DNA of 64,000 bases from Balanoglossus misakiensis (Eukaryota > Animalia > Hemichordata), in the NCBI GenBank assembly GCA_040954595.2, contig CM082577.2, positions 15,259,903-15,323,902 on the forward strand, in the 5' to 3' direction. Below are positions 55,464 to 64,000 of the stretch, one piece after another. The position numbers and the translations under genes were made by a program. A model generated the notes under the pieces. That model was not told where the DNA came from. It ran no database searches and saw only the letters and a list, made by a program, of their open reading frames with translations. Numbering within the stretch: position 1 is the stretch's first letter; each line of letters begins with the position of its first letter.

Positions 55464-57002
55464 ATGGCGTTCACATACTTACACTTTAATATTTTTTCGG
55501 TATGTCGGCTAACGTACATAACAGTCCACAGTCAAGAAGAAAAGAAACCCAAAGTAGCCACATTGACAGGCATTCGGAAAAAGCGCCCGAAACCACACTT
55601 ATATTCTTACGAATCTGTCACACATTTAGGAGAACATATGGCTCGAAAGAGTTCAAGTATTTTCGTGACTTTGTTCGACAGACAAGTATGTGAAGGCGGA
55701 TTCACTTTAGACCATTGGTCTTTCACGAAACCTCCTCAAGAACAAATTGTGGAAGTCACGAAAGTTGACCATACTTTAGGGTTTTGTGGAACCAATGGAT
55801 CTTCCGTGCGTCAGATCATTGAATTAGTGTATGTTGGTACGGATATTTTGCCCAGGAAATTTTCTAAACGAGCCACCGAAGACCCCGTCCATCTTTCTGT
55901 GAAATCAGTACACGCTATAAAGGCGTGGCTGGGGAAACATTTACCAGAAAAGTCGTCTCCTTGTTATCGTTGGACAGCTTGTAATGTAGCTATCCCGACG
56001 ATAGCGATGACGTTGCTAGCTTCGGAAAGATCAAATTTACGGTGGACCAAAAGCACCTTTGAAGATTACATGGACTTATGCTGGTTTCTCGCGCAACAGG
56101 TGTATGGATCTCAACCAAAGACAGTGCTGCATTTACTCAATATAATTGGCGTAATATCACACATATCTCCACTGCAGCCCGAAAGTCTTCTATTAGATCA
56201 TGTAAAACCAGATGGGTCTTATTCTGGTTCAATATTGGAGAAATCTTTATTTGCCTTCGAGTTACTCTTGGCTGCATTTAAAATGAGATATAGAGCGAAA
56301 CAGTTTAATGGCGTTTATGACATATTTCACCCCGCTTTAATCGAAATACAACATGCTGACGACACTGAGTATATTTACCCGTGCCTGATCGCAAAAAGTA
56401 CTTTAAAATTAATTGAGTTTGGAAACCAGACAATTTATGTCGACTTTGGACAAGATTTGTTCATAAAGAGTCTATTACACGAGTTTTGTTATGAGTCAAA
56501 TGTGGATACATTTCCGACTCCTCCCTTGGGATATACATTTCTGCCCTTACAAATGTGGTTTTCTCAACTAAGAGTAAAAACTCTGTATTATATGCGTAAT
56601 GATTGCTCCAAACCGTCAGCGGTTGTTTTGCGTGGATCAACTATAGTTGAAACGCTGCGCGTTCGGTATGGCGTTCGAGTAATGCCGACAGACCAGTTTT
56701 ACGCGGATAGCTTTGGACAACTAGTGAAACGCCTGTCGCTACCTGAGGTGCCGTTGATTACGCAAGTACATATAGATCATTGCGAAGATAACAGCCTCCC
56801 AGCGACAGAGACACATCCGTGTTGCTTGCATAGGCTGTATGGTAACGCGCGAATGTTTCAGAAACATAAACTAGATCATTTTCTGCGGGACGAGAAGTTA
56901 GACGCGCGTACACATATGATTAATCTAGTCACGTCTCATACAAAAATGTCACATGTCATTAAGTTTTTCGTGACGTTCCTACGGGAACGGGATACAAAAT
57001 AA
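55464..57002 (+). CDS. Hypothetical protein (~512 aa)
   Basis: ORF 55446..57002, ATG 55464; divergent from the 994-aa gene. Confidence 0.75.
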   Translation: MAFTYLHFNIFSVCRLTYITVHSQEEKKPKVATLTGIRKKRPKPHLYSYESVTHLGEHMARKSSSIFVTLFDRQVCEGGFTLDHWSFTKPPQEQIVEVTKVDHTLGFCGTNGSSVRQIIELVYVGTDILPRKFSKRATEDPVHLSVKSVHAIKAWLGKHLPEKSSPCYRWTACNVAIPTIAMTLLASERSNLRWTKSTFEDYMDLCWFLAQQVYGSQPKTVLHLLNIIGVISHISPLQPESLLLDHVKPDGSYSGSILEKSLFAFELLLAAFKMRYRAKQFNGVYDIFHPALIEIQHADDTEYIYPCLIAKSTLKLIEFGNQTIYVDFGQDLFIKSLLHEFCYESNVDTFPTPPLGYTFLPLQMWFSQLRVKTLYYMRNDCSKPSAVVLRGSTIVETLRVRYGVRVMPTDQFYADSFGQLVKRLSLPEVPLITQVHIDHCEDNSLPATETHPCCLHRLYGNARMFQKHKLDHFLRDEKLDARTHMINLVTSHTKMSHVIKFFVTFLRERDTK

Positions 57003-57052
57003 ACTTCTGTATAAATTTAAACGTGTAGTCAGAAATGACATAGTACAAGAAA

Positions 57053-57652
57053 ATGGCAGGGTTAGACCATCTATACCAATTTGCCGTCCTGCTTCCGTTT
57101 CACGACTCGATCTGTAAGTATACGGGTGAACCGAAATCGCCAAAAGACTTTCATTCCGTGTACTTCTGTACAGGTGACCAATCATCGTCTACTCATTGCG
57201 AGGTTTACGCAGTTCCACCGGGTGAAAACGTTCCCTGGAAAATGTGTGATATTCCAACCAGCACCAATCTCATAGAAAAATGCAACAGAGGCAAAAATAT
57301 CATGATATCAAAATCTGCGTTTAGAAATGCCCAATGGAAACGCGGTGCGTTCCGAAAGAAGTCCCGGAAAACACCGCAAAATTTAGACTCCGCCCAAGCT
57401 ATAATGGCTATCGCAAACTTGTATTATACTCGTGCGATATGTACTGCAGATATACACGTACAAGTTTTTATACAGGAGAAATATGACATATTCAGCGAGG
57501 GTGGATTCCGGATAGAACTATTGCATGATTTTTCGCACGATATTGACCGAGAAATTGGTGAATGCCTGGTACAGACTCATACAAACTTATCGATCTTTGG
57601 TAAGAACAGACTACACAGTCGGTTTTGTTTAGGGGTTAGGGTTAGGTGTTAA
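57053..57652 (+). CDS. Hypothetical protein (199 aa)
   Basis: Good ATG context (AAAATGG), TATAAA at ~57010. Confidence 0.65.
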   Translation: MAGLDHLYQFAVLLPFHDSICKYTGEPKSPKDFHSVYFCTGDQSSSTHCEVYAVPPGENVPWKMCDIPTSTNLIEKCNRGKNIMISKSAFRNAQWKRGAFRKKSRKTPQNLDSAQAIMAIANLYYTRAICTADIHVQVFIQEKYDIFSEGGFRIELLHDFSHDIDREIGECLVQTHTNLSIFGKNRLHSRFCLGVRVRC

Positions 57653-57746
57653 GATATCTATTTTTAGAGTGATGAATCCAACTATATTATTACGGAACGC
57701 TACATGGATTAAACTTAAACTCTGACTTGTTGATGTTTTCTGGTTT

Positions 57747-59930
57747 ATGCACTCAATAGGATATCCCAAGGTCCTACACTACAAAGATCCCGTCCCAGCC
57801 AAGGTTAATAAAGAGTCGGTGATGGCAGCTTTGAATACTCCGGACAACTGGAGCGTTTTAATTGAATTTAACCCCGTATTGCGAGACGTACAAGCGTATA
57901 GTTTACAAGATCTAAACGTGTGTGCCGAGTGGGGTCACAGAGGTACTTCGAACATTCTGTTAATTTTTGCGATGGACAGAGATCGAGAAAATATGTTTGT
58001 GTTGTTATGGGCGTTACCGGCAAGTGCCATTCGCAAGATGTATATGCCAAATCCCGCCGACACAGAGGTTGTGATTTCTAATGATGTATTACAGAATGCC
58101 ACGTTCGTATTTCACGTGTTGCATGCAGCGTCACCTTTACATAGACGCTGTTCATACGCCAGTAAGTTTCGACTGAAGAGAGATGCTATAAGTTTCAAGC
58201 GAGCTATTGCCATGTACCCAACTTGCAACGAAACACATGCCCACGTGTTGGTAGAGCGGAAACAAGATCGTTGTCAGTATATGCGAAATGGTGCACGTAT
58301 TTTATTCACGTACAATATTAACAGTAATTCGAACGCCATCATTTATGTTAAAGCCCCGCCCAGTTTTTTACCGCGTAAAATAGCAACGTGTGAAATTCCC
58401 AATGATATATTACGCTCTGTATCAAATGAGACAATTATTCCGCCAGGAATCTTTGCGGAGGCGCATTTTTTAGAAAATGCGTGGGACTGGAACGACGAAA
58501 TACCGACGGTCCAATTAAATCCATTTCAGATTATATACGCAGTGAAGGCTTTGTTTTCGGTGGGATTAGGTCAAGACAAGGATTGGAATCATCGTTTTAC
58601 TGCAAGCAACGCGATTTGTTGGCCGTCTGATGACGTCATAACCACGACAGAACAATCATTCCTAAATAGGTGCTTTAAATTGCCCACATTTTCAACATGG
58701 ACAGACGTAGAAAACGACATATTGTGTCAGGGCGACCGATCATATTCAAACCTATACTGTCACGCTGACAAATGCACATATTGGTTAGCTCATCAGAGAA
58801 CTTTCGTGGTTGTCGAGTCCAAACCATCGATTGAGTCTTATTTGACAACCCCTACTCGTGTTTTATACGTCGCAAACAAGTGGCATCCCGGAGCGGGGAT
58901 AGCAGTATATTCGTGGAAAACTCGGGATATTCCGCGCCCACTTGCTATTATCGATAGATCTTCAGAATCGTTTGACAATATTTGGTCAATTTTGGGTAAT
59001 TTTTCACGCGAGTGTATTGCTTTGCGCAACATACCAATGAATGCCAACAGAATTCAGACAGACTTACACTTTGAGGGTCTACACGCGCAATCTGTCAAGC
59101 ATTTCGTGGAAAACCCCGATTCGAAAATTTTCTTTGACGCTGGCTTGTTGTCATCGGATTCCAAGTGGTTCCCGGAAGCGTTCGCTATCTGGGAATATCC
59201 TCAGATCGAGGGACATGCGTGGGGGTTTGTCAACATGCTACAACGAGCCGTTTCTGTGTACGCCATGTATCAGAAGTATGCATGTGGTTTTACCATAGAA
59301 CAACCGGTGGCAAAACTAATGCAAGAAAAGATAGAAATTGCATCATGTGATCCAAATGCGGCATGTCTACAAAAGATAAACACTATGGTCCGTAATGAAT
59401 TCGAGAGAGCAGAATTGGTCTTCTGGTCGGCGTTGGTTGAGTTCAGACAAGATGTTAAACATTACGTTACGGGATTACCGGTGGAAGTTAAATTCAGTTC
59501 AGGTGACATAGAAAAATCGAACAAACTATGTTGTTTCACTTTGGTTGGTACACACATACGACCCTTTTTGATTGCGCACCTGGACAAAGACGAAAGTTTG
59601 GTTGAAATGGTAGTTGATCTAAAGGTGATTAACTGTAATTATTTCAACCATGCAATGAGTTCTAACCAATTCTACATTAACTTCGCGTACGGTATAGACA
59701 ATTTCTCGTCCAGATGTCAACAAATGAACCAGTTTGAAATACTGGCTTGTTTATGGGCGATGGTAGAACAACGGGGTCACACCATGAACGAAACATTGGT
59801 TAATCTGTTGAAGCGTCACATGGTAAAATACTTTGAACAAGACCTGACGTGCCCTGCCACTACACTTTCAGGCTTGCAGGTATGGGCGAAAGAGTGGCTG
59901 GATTCTCTCATAATTGACACATCCCTGTAA
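57747..59930 (+). CDS. Hypothetical protein (727 aa)
   Basis: Long uninterrupted ORF convergent on the terminase. Confidence 0.75.
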   Translation: MHSIGYPKVLHYKDPVPAKVNKESVMAALNTPDNWSVLIEFNPVLRDVQAYSLQDLNVCAEWGHRGTSNILLIFAMDRDRENMFVLLWALPASAIRKMYMPNPADTEVVISNDVLQNATFVFHVLHAASPLHRRCSYASKFRLKRDAISFKRAIAMYPTCNETHAHVLVERKQDRCQYMRNGARILFTYNINSNSNAIIYVKAPPSFLPRKIATCEIPNDILRSVSNETIIPPGIFAEAHFLENAWDWNDEIPTVQLNPFQIIYAVKALFSVGLGQDKDWNHRFTASNAICWPSDDVITTTEQSFLNRCFKLPTFSTWTDVENDILCQGDRSYSNLYCHADKCTYWLAHQRTFVVVESKPSIESYLTTPTRVLYVANKWHPGAGIAVYSWKTRDIPRPLAIIDRSSESFDNIWSILGNFSRECIALRNIPMNANRIQTDLHFEGLHAQSVKHFVENPDSKIFFDAGLLSSDSKWFPEAFAIWEYPQIEGHAWGFVNMLQRAVSVYAMYQKYACGFTIEQPVAKLMQEKIEIASCDPNAACLQKINTMVRNEFERAELVFWSALVEFRQDVKHYVTGLPVEVKFSSGDIEKSNKLCCFTLVGTHIRPFLIAHLDKDESLVEMVVDLKVINCNYFNHAMSSNQFYINFAYGIDNFSSRCQQMNQFEILACLWAMVEQRGHTMNETLVNLLKRHMVKYFEQDLTCPATTLSGLQVWAKEWLDSLIIDTSL

Positions 59931-60484
59931 TTGGCTACTGCCGCCAAACAAGACCACCGTCCGAGGAGATATACGTTGGGGATTCACTCTGCGGCCGCTG
60001 AGGGCGTATGTATTCATGTCTGACAAAATTCCAATGGACTAACATAGTTATATGTCTGTTAGTACACGTCAGCTGGCATAGCCGGAAAACACGACAAGGC
60101 TAACCGCAGAAAGAGTGGCTGGATTCTCGCATAATTGACACATCCCTGTAATTGGCTACTGCCGCCAAACAAGACCACCGTCCGAGGAGATATACGTTGG
60201 GGATTCAATCTGCGGCCGCTGAGGGCGTATGTATTCATGTCTGACAAAATTCCAATGGACTAACATAGTTATATGTCTGTTAGTACACGCCAGCTGGCAT
60301 AGCCGGAAAACACGACAAGGCTAACCGCAGAAAGAGTGGCTGGATTCTCGCATAATTGACACATCCCTGTAATTGGCTACTGCCGCCAAACAAGACCACC
60401 GTCCGAGGAGATATACGTTGGGGATTCACTCTGCGGCCGCTGAGGGCGTATGTATTCATGTCTGACAAAATTCCAATGGACTAA
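59890..60484. repeat. Tandem repeat, ~2.7 x 221 bp, chimeric for two convergent gene ends
   Basis: AAGAGTGGCTGGATTCTC at 59890, 60111, 60332; units include a diverged copy of 60714-60774. Confidence 0.9.
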
Positions 60485-60724
60485 ACATAGACAGTTACTA
60501 AACTTTTATTAATAAATGTGTGCTTACCGAATAAAATACCTCATAACATTCAAAATGTGTGTATGGTTATTTCGATCGAAGCAATTACAATTGATAAAAA
60601 AACAAACCACTGTGTCCTGATTAGCGCACTTTCACCTTGGGATGGTCAATGCAAGGTTTAAAAAGTCACAGCCAAATGGCGTTACAACTTGATATGTCCT
60701 TGAGCTCCTTTCGTTATATGTCTG

Positions 60725-62690
60725 TTAGTATACGTCAGCTGGTATATCCGGAAAACACGACCAGGCTAACCACAAAATGAATGCCATGGCCAAATCATCC
60801 CGTTTATTTAAAGCCTTTCCATTAAAGGACATTTTCCCGTCCACTTTAATACTCCGTTTAAAATCGCGCAACTGCGACAGAAGAATTTCCATCATCGCAT
60901 TTTGATCGTCTTGTGTCGGGGGCCTTGACATGCCTGAGGAATTCGTGAGACACTTGCCCACACTAATTAAATCATTTGCGAATGATACTAACCCGTTTGT
61001 TACAATTAACTGAGCTAGGTGAACTAGATTTGCTTTATTGCGCGTCCAAATGCCAGTTTTCATCTTTCCGTCTCTTCCGGTTTCTGTTTCGAAGTGTGTC
61101 AATATACCTCGTTGGTCGAAGTAATCCCCTACCTCCCGAGACATTGCAGCAGAATGGGCGTGTGACGTGTTTCGTTCTATATAGATTCGAACAGGATACT
61201 CCGATAACTTTGGGTATTGCTTGAATGCATATTCCACGGACTGGATGCACAAAATGGTATGCTTGTGTAATAGATTTTCAATGTCACGCTGCGATTCAGC
61301 TACCACGTGATCTAGAGCAACGATCTACGAGCGGAACAGACAAGGAGAAGTGGTTACGAAACAATTAAGTTATTTTTGTATAAGAGTGAGCCTCATATGT
61401 CAAACAAAACATTTAGTGTAGGATGTTATTACTCAAAACGTTCCATCTCCAACAGCACGATGTGGACCATTTAAAAAGCAGGCGAAACGCCTTCTTCGAT
61501 TGGAAATACAGTATGGATAGACAGTTTTTCTCAGAATTTATTAATGGGATCATTAAAAGAGAAGGTCATCTGTCCAGCAGTTTACTTATACAGTTTCTTG
61601 GTCGAGAGCATGGATGTCTCTACAAGGGCGTTCACGTCCACACGATAGTTGACTTCAAGATGGAAAAAACCATCGCCTGTGAGACGTGGCGTATTTTGTC
61701 GTGTCTGGAAGATTCTGTGTCTGCCGAACAAGATGGGTGTTTGTGCGCGTTCGAAGCAGTTTTACACATGGCAATTGAAATGTTTTCTATAACGGTCAAT
61801 GACCAGACAAACGCGTTATACAGGCGTGAAACCCCCAGGGAACTCCAGTGGATAATTGATCACATTGAAAAGACGATCATACATTTGCTTTCTCTGCATC
61901 AATTGTCAACGGACGAATCACCGCTATTAACAGCGGCATTACACATAGCTGTTATTGTAACATGTGCAATCAGACCTCCTACCGCCATTCAATTAGAGAT
62001 CCCACGTGACCGCCTCGTGATACCCAAAGTAGTGTGTAATTTGTTCAACTTAAGATCAACTGAGACACAGATTCCTTTACTCTGAGAAACAAGCATGGTA
62101 TATATTGGAACAAATTGACGCAATCTACTTACAATCCGTTCATTGCCACATTTAATTCCGGCAACTAGTCCTATGCCTGACACATTTGATGGTGTGGGAT
62201 CGATTACTAGTCTGAGTCCAGATGTTAAGAGGTGCTCGCTGACGTCAACTCGTTTTTCGACCAATTTATCTAGCGTTATGTCGGCAAACAGTCTCTCGCT
62301 AGATGTATCAATAAAATCTGCCACACCGAGGCACTCGCGTTCATAGGTTCCTTTTGCCAAGATGTCCATTAATATTCTGACTGGATTTCCTTCGCTAGAA
62401 TCAATGTGCCTTGGAACCAGGTGGAGTTTATGGATACATACACCATGTACACCTTTCGATACACATTCTGAACACATGTACGTTTGAACGATCGACTTGA
62501 CAAGGGGTTTCCCCCCCCATGACATGTCCAACAATTTATAGGACCAGTGTTCTCTGTTTGCCATAGATGAAGTAAATAAAACCGACACTGTTTTAGGCTG
62601 AAAAATGGGCGCAGAAGTGATCAATGAATTATGTTTTACCCACGGAAACTCGTCCACCCAACCAAAACTACAACCGGCTCCTCTGGCAGC
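60725..62690 (-). CDS. TRM3: Herpesvirus DNA-packaging terminase ATPase/nuclease (UL15/UL89/ORF29 family), partial: exons 62690-62133 and 61324-60725; upstream exon outside the window
   Basis: Acceptor TATTTCAG|GCT at 62691, donor ATT|GTAAGT at 62132, acceptor CTCGTAG|ATC at 61325, all phase 0. ARGAG..GWVDEF (Walker B), VLFTSS, YMCSEC..C.H, VIDP...SGIG, IVALDH, IYIERN, FNGK..KRDDLAMA. Walker A is not in these exons. Confidence 0.92.
61423..62085 (+). CDS. Hypothetical protein nested antisense in the last terminase intron
   Basis: 220-aa ORF fully inside intron 61325-62132. Confidence 0.7.
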   Translation: MLLLKTFHLQQHDVDHLKSRRNAFFDWKYSMDRQFFSEFINGIIKREGHLSSSLLIQFLGREHGCLYKGVHVHTIVDFKMEKTIACETWRILSCLEDSVSAEQDGCLCAFEAVLHMAIEMFSITVNDQTNALYRRETPRELQWIIDHIEKTIIHLLSLHQLSTDESPLLTAALHIAVIVTCAIRPPTAIQLEIPRDRLVIPKVVCNLFNLRSTETQIPLL

Positions 62691-62844
62691 CTGAAATATA
62701 TAATGATGAATATATATAAATATTAGTTAACAACGTTCACTTTTATGACGCTTAAGTGGGGTTGCTATACGTTTTAAACCCAGTGTAACAATGCATCCAT
62801 CACATTAATACCACGTCGCATTGACCTGTGCACAACGGTTTGAT

Positions 62845-63753
62845 ATGGAATTGGCTACGCGAACTGCTTTCCTGAGACAACACAACATAGGTGTATTTCA
62901 CGTGGATATACAGCACAAGTGCACGGGCCAGTGTACAATGTTGAATCCATACGGCGTGGGGATGCATTACATATGTACGACTTCATTGAAATATCACAAC
63001 TGTGACGCAGACAGCGATCGGGACTGCCTGTTGGTTTGCACCGACGAAGGTCAAATTTGTAAACTGACCGGCCATGTCATACAAGGTAGCCAGGCGGCAA
63101 ATGTTTATGTTGGCCTTGATAAACCAATGTATCCACACCCTTCCACCAGTTACGATCACAGTCGAATATCTGTGATACACAAAGACCAGAAAATGGAACT
63201 TTTATGTCACACGCTCGCTAGCACTATCTCAAAGTTGTTTCATGCAGACAATCGACGAAAATACAACCAGCTCACGAGGGTTCATTCTCGCTGCATCAAC
63301 ACAGCGTGCGCAAGGATAAAATGCGATCTATTAGAAGGACGTATGTCTTTTCCACAAGCATTACATCACCATATAAACAGTGCCGTGTACATTTTACATC
63401 AATTATTTTTCCCATACTCGCTGTTATCTACACTGGAAGCTTACGAGAGAAAAGTTATTTCAATTGTGTTGTCACACGTGCAAGGGAATCATGGTCGTGG
63501 CGGGGACATTTCCATCCTTCTGGGAAATCCAGAAGCGACAGTATTGTACATTACGAAATGCGTGCTCGAAGGTTTTGGATGCGCAGGCTCCAATATATTT
63601 GACCCGATTTTCCGGTACATGGGACCGATGCCTTTGGATCGTCATTTGAAAGAAGTGTTTGATATAAATCCGCATAAGTTAACAAAGTGTTCCAAAATAC
63701 TACAGGTAGTAATGACAAAATCATCGTGCATCCGAGCATTAAACAACATGTAG
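62845..63753 (+). CDS. Herpes UL92/ORF31/BDLF4-like Cys/His protein, nested antisense in the upstream terminase intron
   Basis: HYICTTSLKYHNCD...DCLLVCTDEGQICKLTGH matches the UL92-family pattern Y.C..C..YH.CD...C.L..T.E..VC.LTG; ATG 62845. Confidence 0.75.
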   Translation: MELATRTAFLRQHNIGVFHVDIQHKCTGQCTMLNPYGVGMHYICTTSLKYHNCDADSDRDCLLVCTDEGQICKLTGHVIQGSQAANVYVGLDKPMYPHPSTSYDHSRISVIHKDQKMELLCHTLASTISKLFHADNRRKYNQLTRVHSRCINTACARIKCDLLEGRMSFPQALHHHINSAVYILHQLFFPYSLLSTLEAYERKVISIVLSHVQGNHGRGGDISILLGNPEATVLYITKCVLEGFGCAGSNIFDPIFRYMGPMPLDRHLKEVFDINPHKLTKCSKILQVVMTKSSCIRALNNM

Positions 63754-64000
63754 TCAATGCCATACCCTCATATAGTCGCACTGAATTTCAAGGTTGTATT
63801 TCAGAAGACGCGCTTTACTAGCAACTACGCATGCGCAACTATTATTGTCATTGTGATTTTGCTGATCCTAGAAGTAGTCAATGCCATACCCTCATATAGT
63901 CGCACTGAATGTCAAGGTTGTATTGCAGAAGACGCGCTTTACTAGCAACTACGCATGCGCAACTATTATTGTCATTGTGATTTTGCTGATCCTAGAAGTA
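63751..64000. repeat. Tandem repeat, 124-bp unit, at least 2 copies, running off the window
   Basis: TAGTCAATGCCATACCCTC at 63751 and 63875. Confidence 0.85.

Noticed and set aside
57628-57648. Telomere-like TTAGGG run as an integration signal
   Set aside because: Only about three imperfect units, inside an ORF end; far too short for a herpes telomeric array.
60059-60468. Two 62-aa ORFs ending like the terminase
   Set aside because: By-products of the 221-bp chimeric repeat.
61989-62132. C-terminal 47 codons of ORF 61989..62657
   Set aside because: Intronic read-through past the GTAAGT donor; terminase similarity resumes at 61324.

Overview
This window reads as a 64-kb segment of a highly divergent Herpesvirales-type dsDNA virus genome in (or closely associated with) an animal host, probably an invertebrate. 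Herpes evidence: a spliced terminase ATPase/nuclease gene (two exons seen, N-terminal exon beyond the right edge) with antisense genes nested in its introns, a UL52/PrimPol-type primase, a UL92/ORF31-like Cys/His protein and a Ser/Thr kinase. The most striking signal is a candidate beta/gamma-herpesvirus-style viral late-transcription system: a stand-alone TBP-fold protein resembling the vTBP domain of ORF24/UL87/BcRF1, plus a UL92/ORF31 homolog in the same terminase intron and orientation as in HCMV and KSHV. Replication appears to use an MCM-like AAA+ helicase paired head-to-head with the primase. The accessory gene set is host-derived and often keeps spliceosomal introns: a re-engineered Gfi1/Senseless repressor, a Ubc12-like NEDD8 E2 with two BTB proteins, a TGF-beta ligand, an ESCRT-III/Snf7-like protein, a JAZ-type dsRNA-binding zinc finger, a metalloprotease with a dead paralog and a dead Rnl2-like ligase. 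Intergenic DNA carries host-type MITEs of several superfamilies with intact TSDs and several tandem duplications at gene 3' ends. All family assignments come from motifs recognised by eye, with reference motifs quoted from memory; no searches were run.
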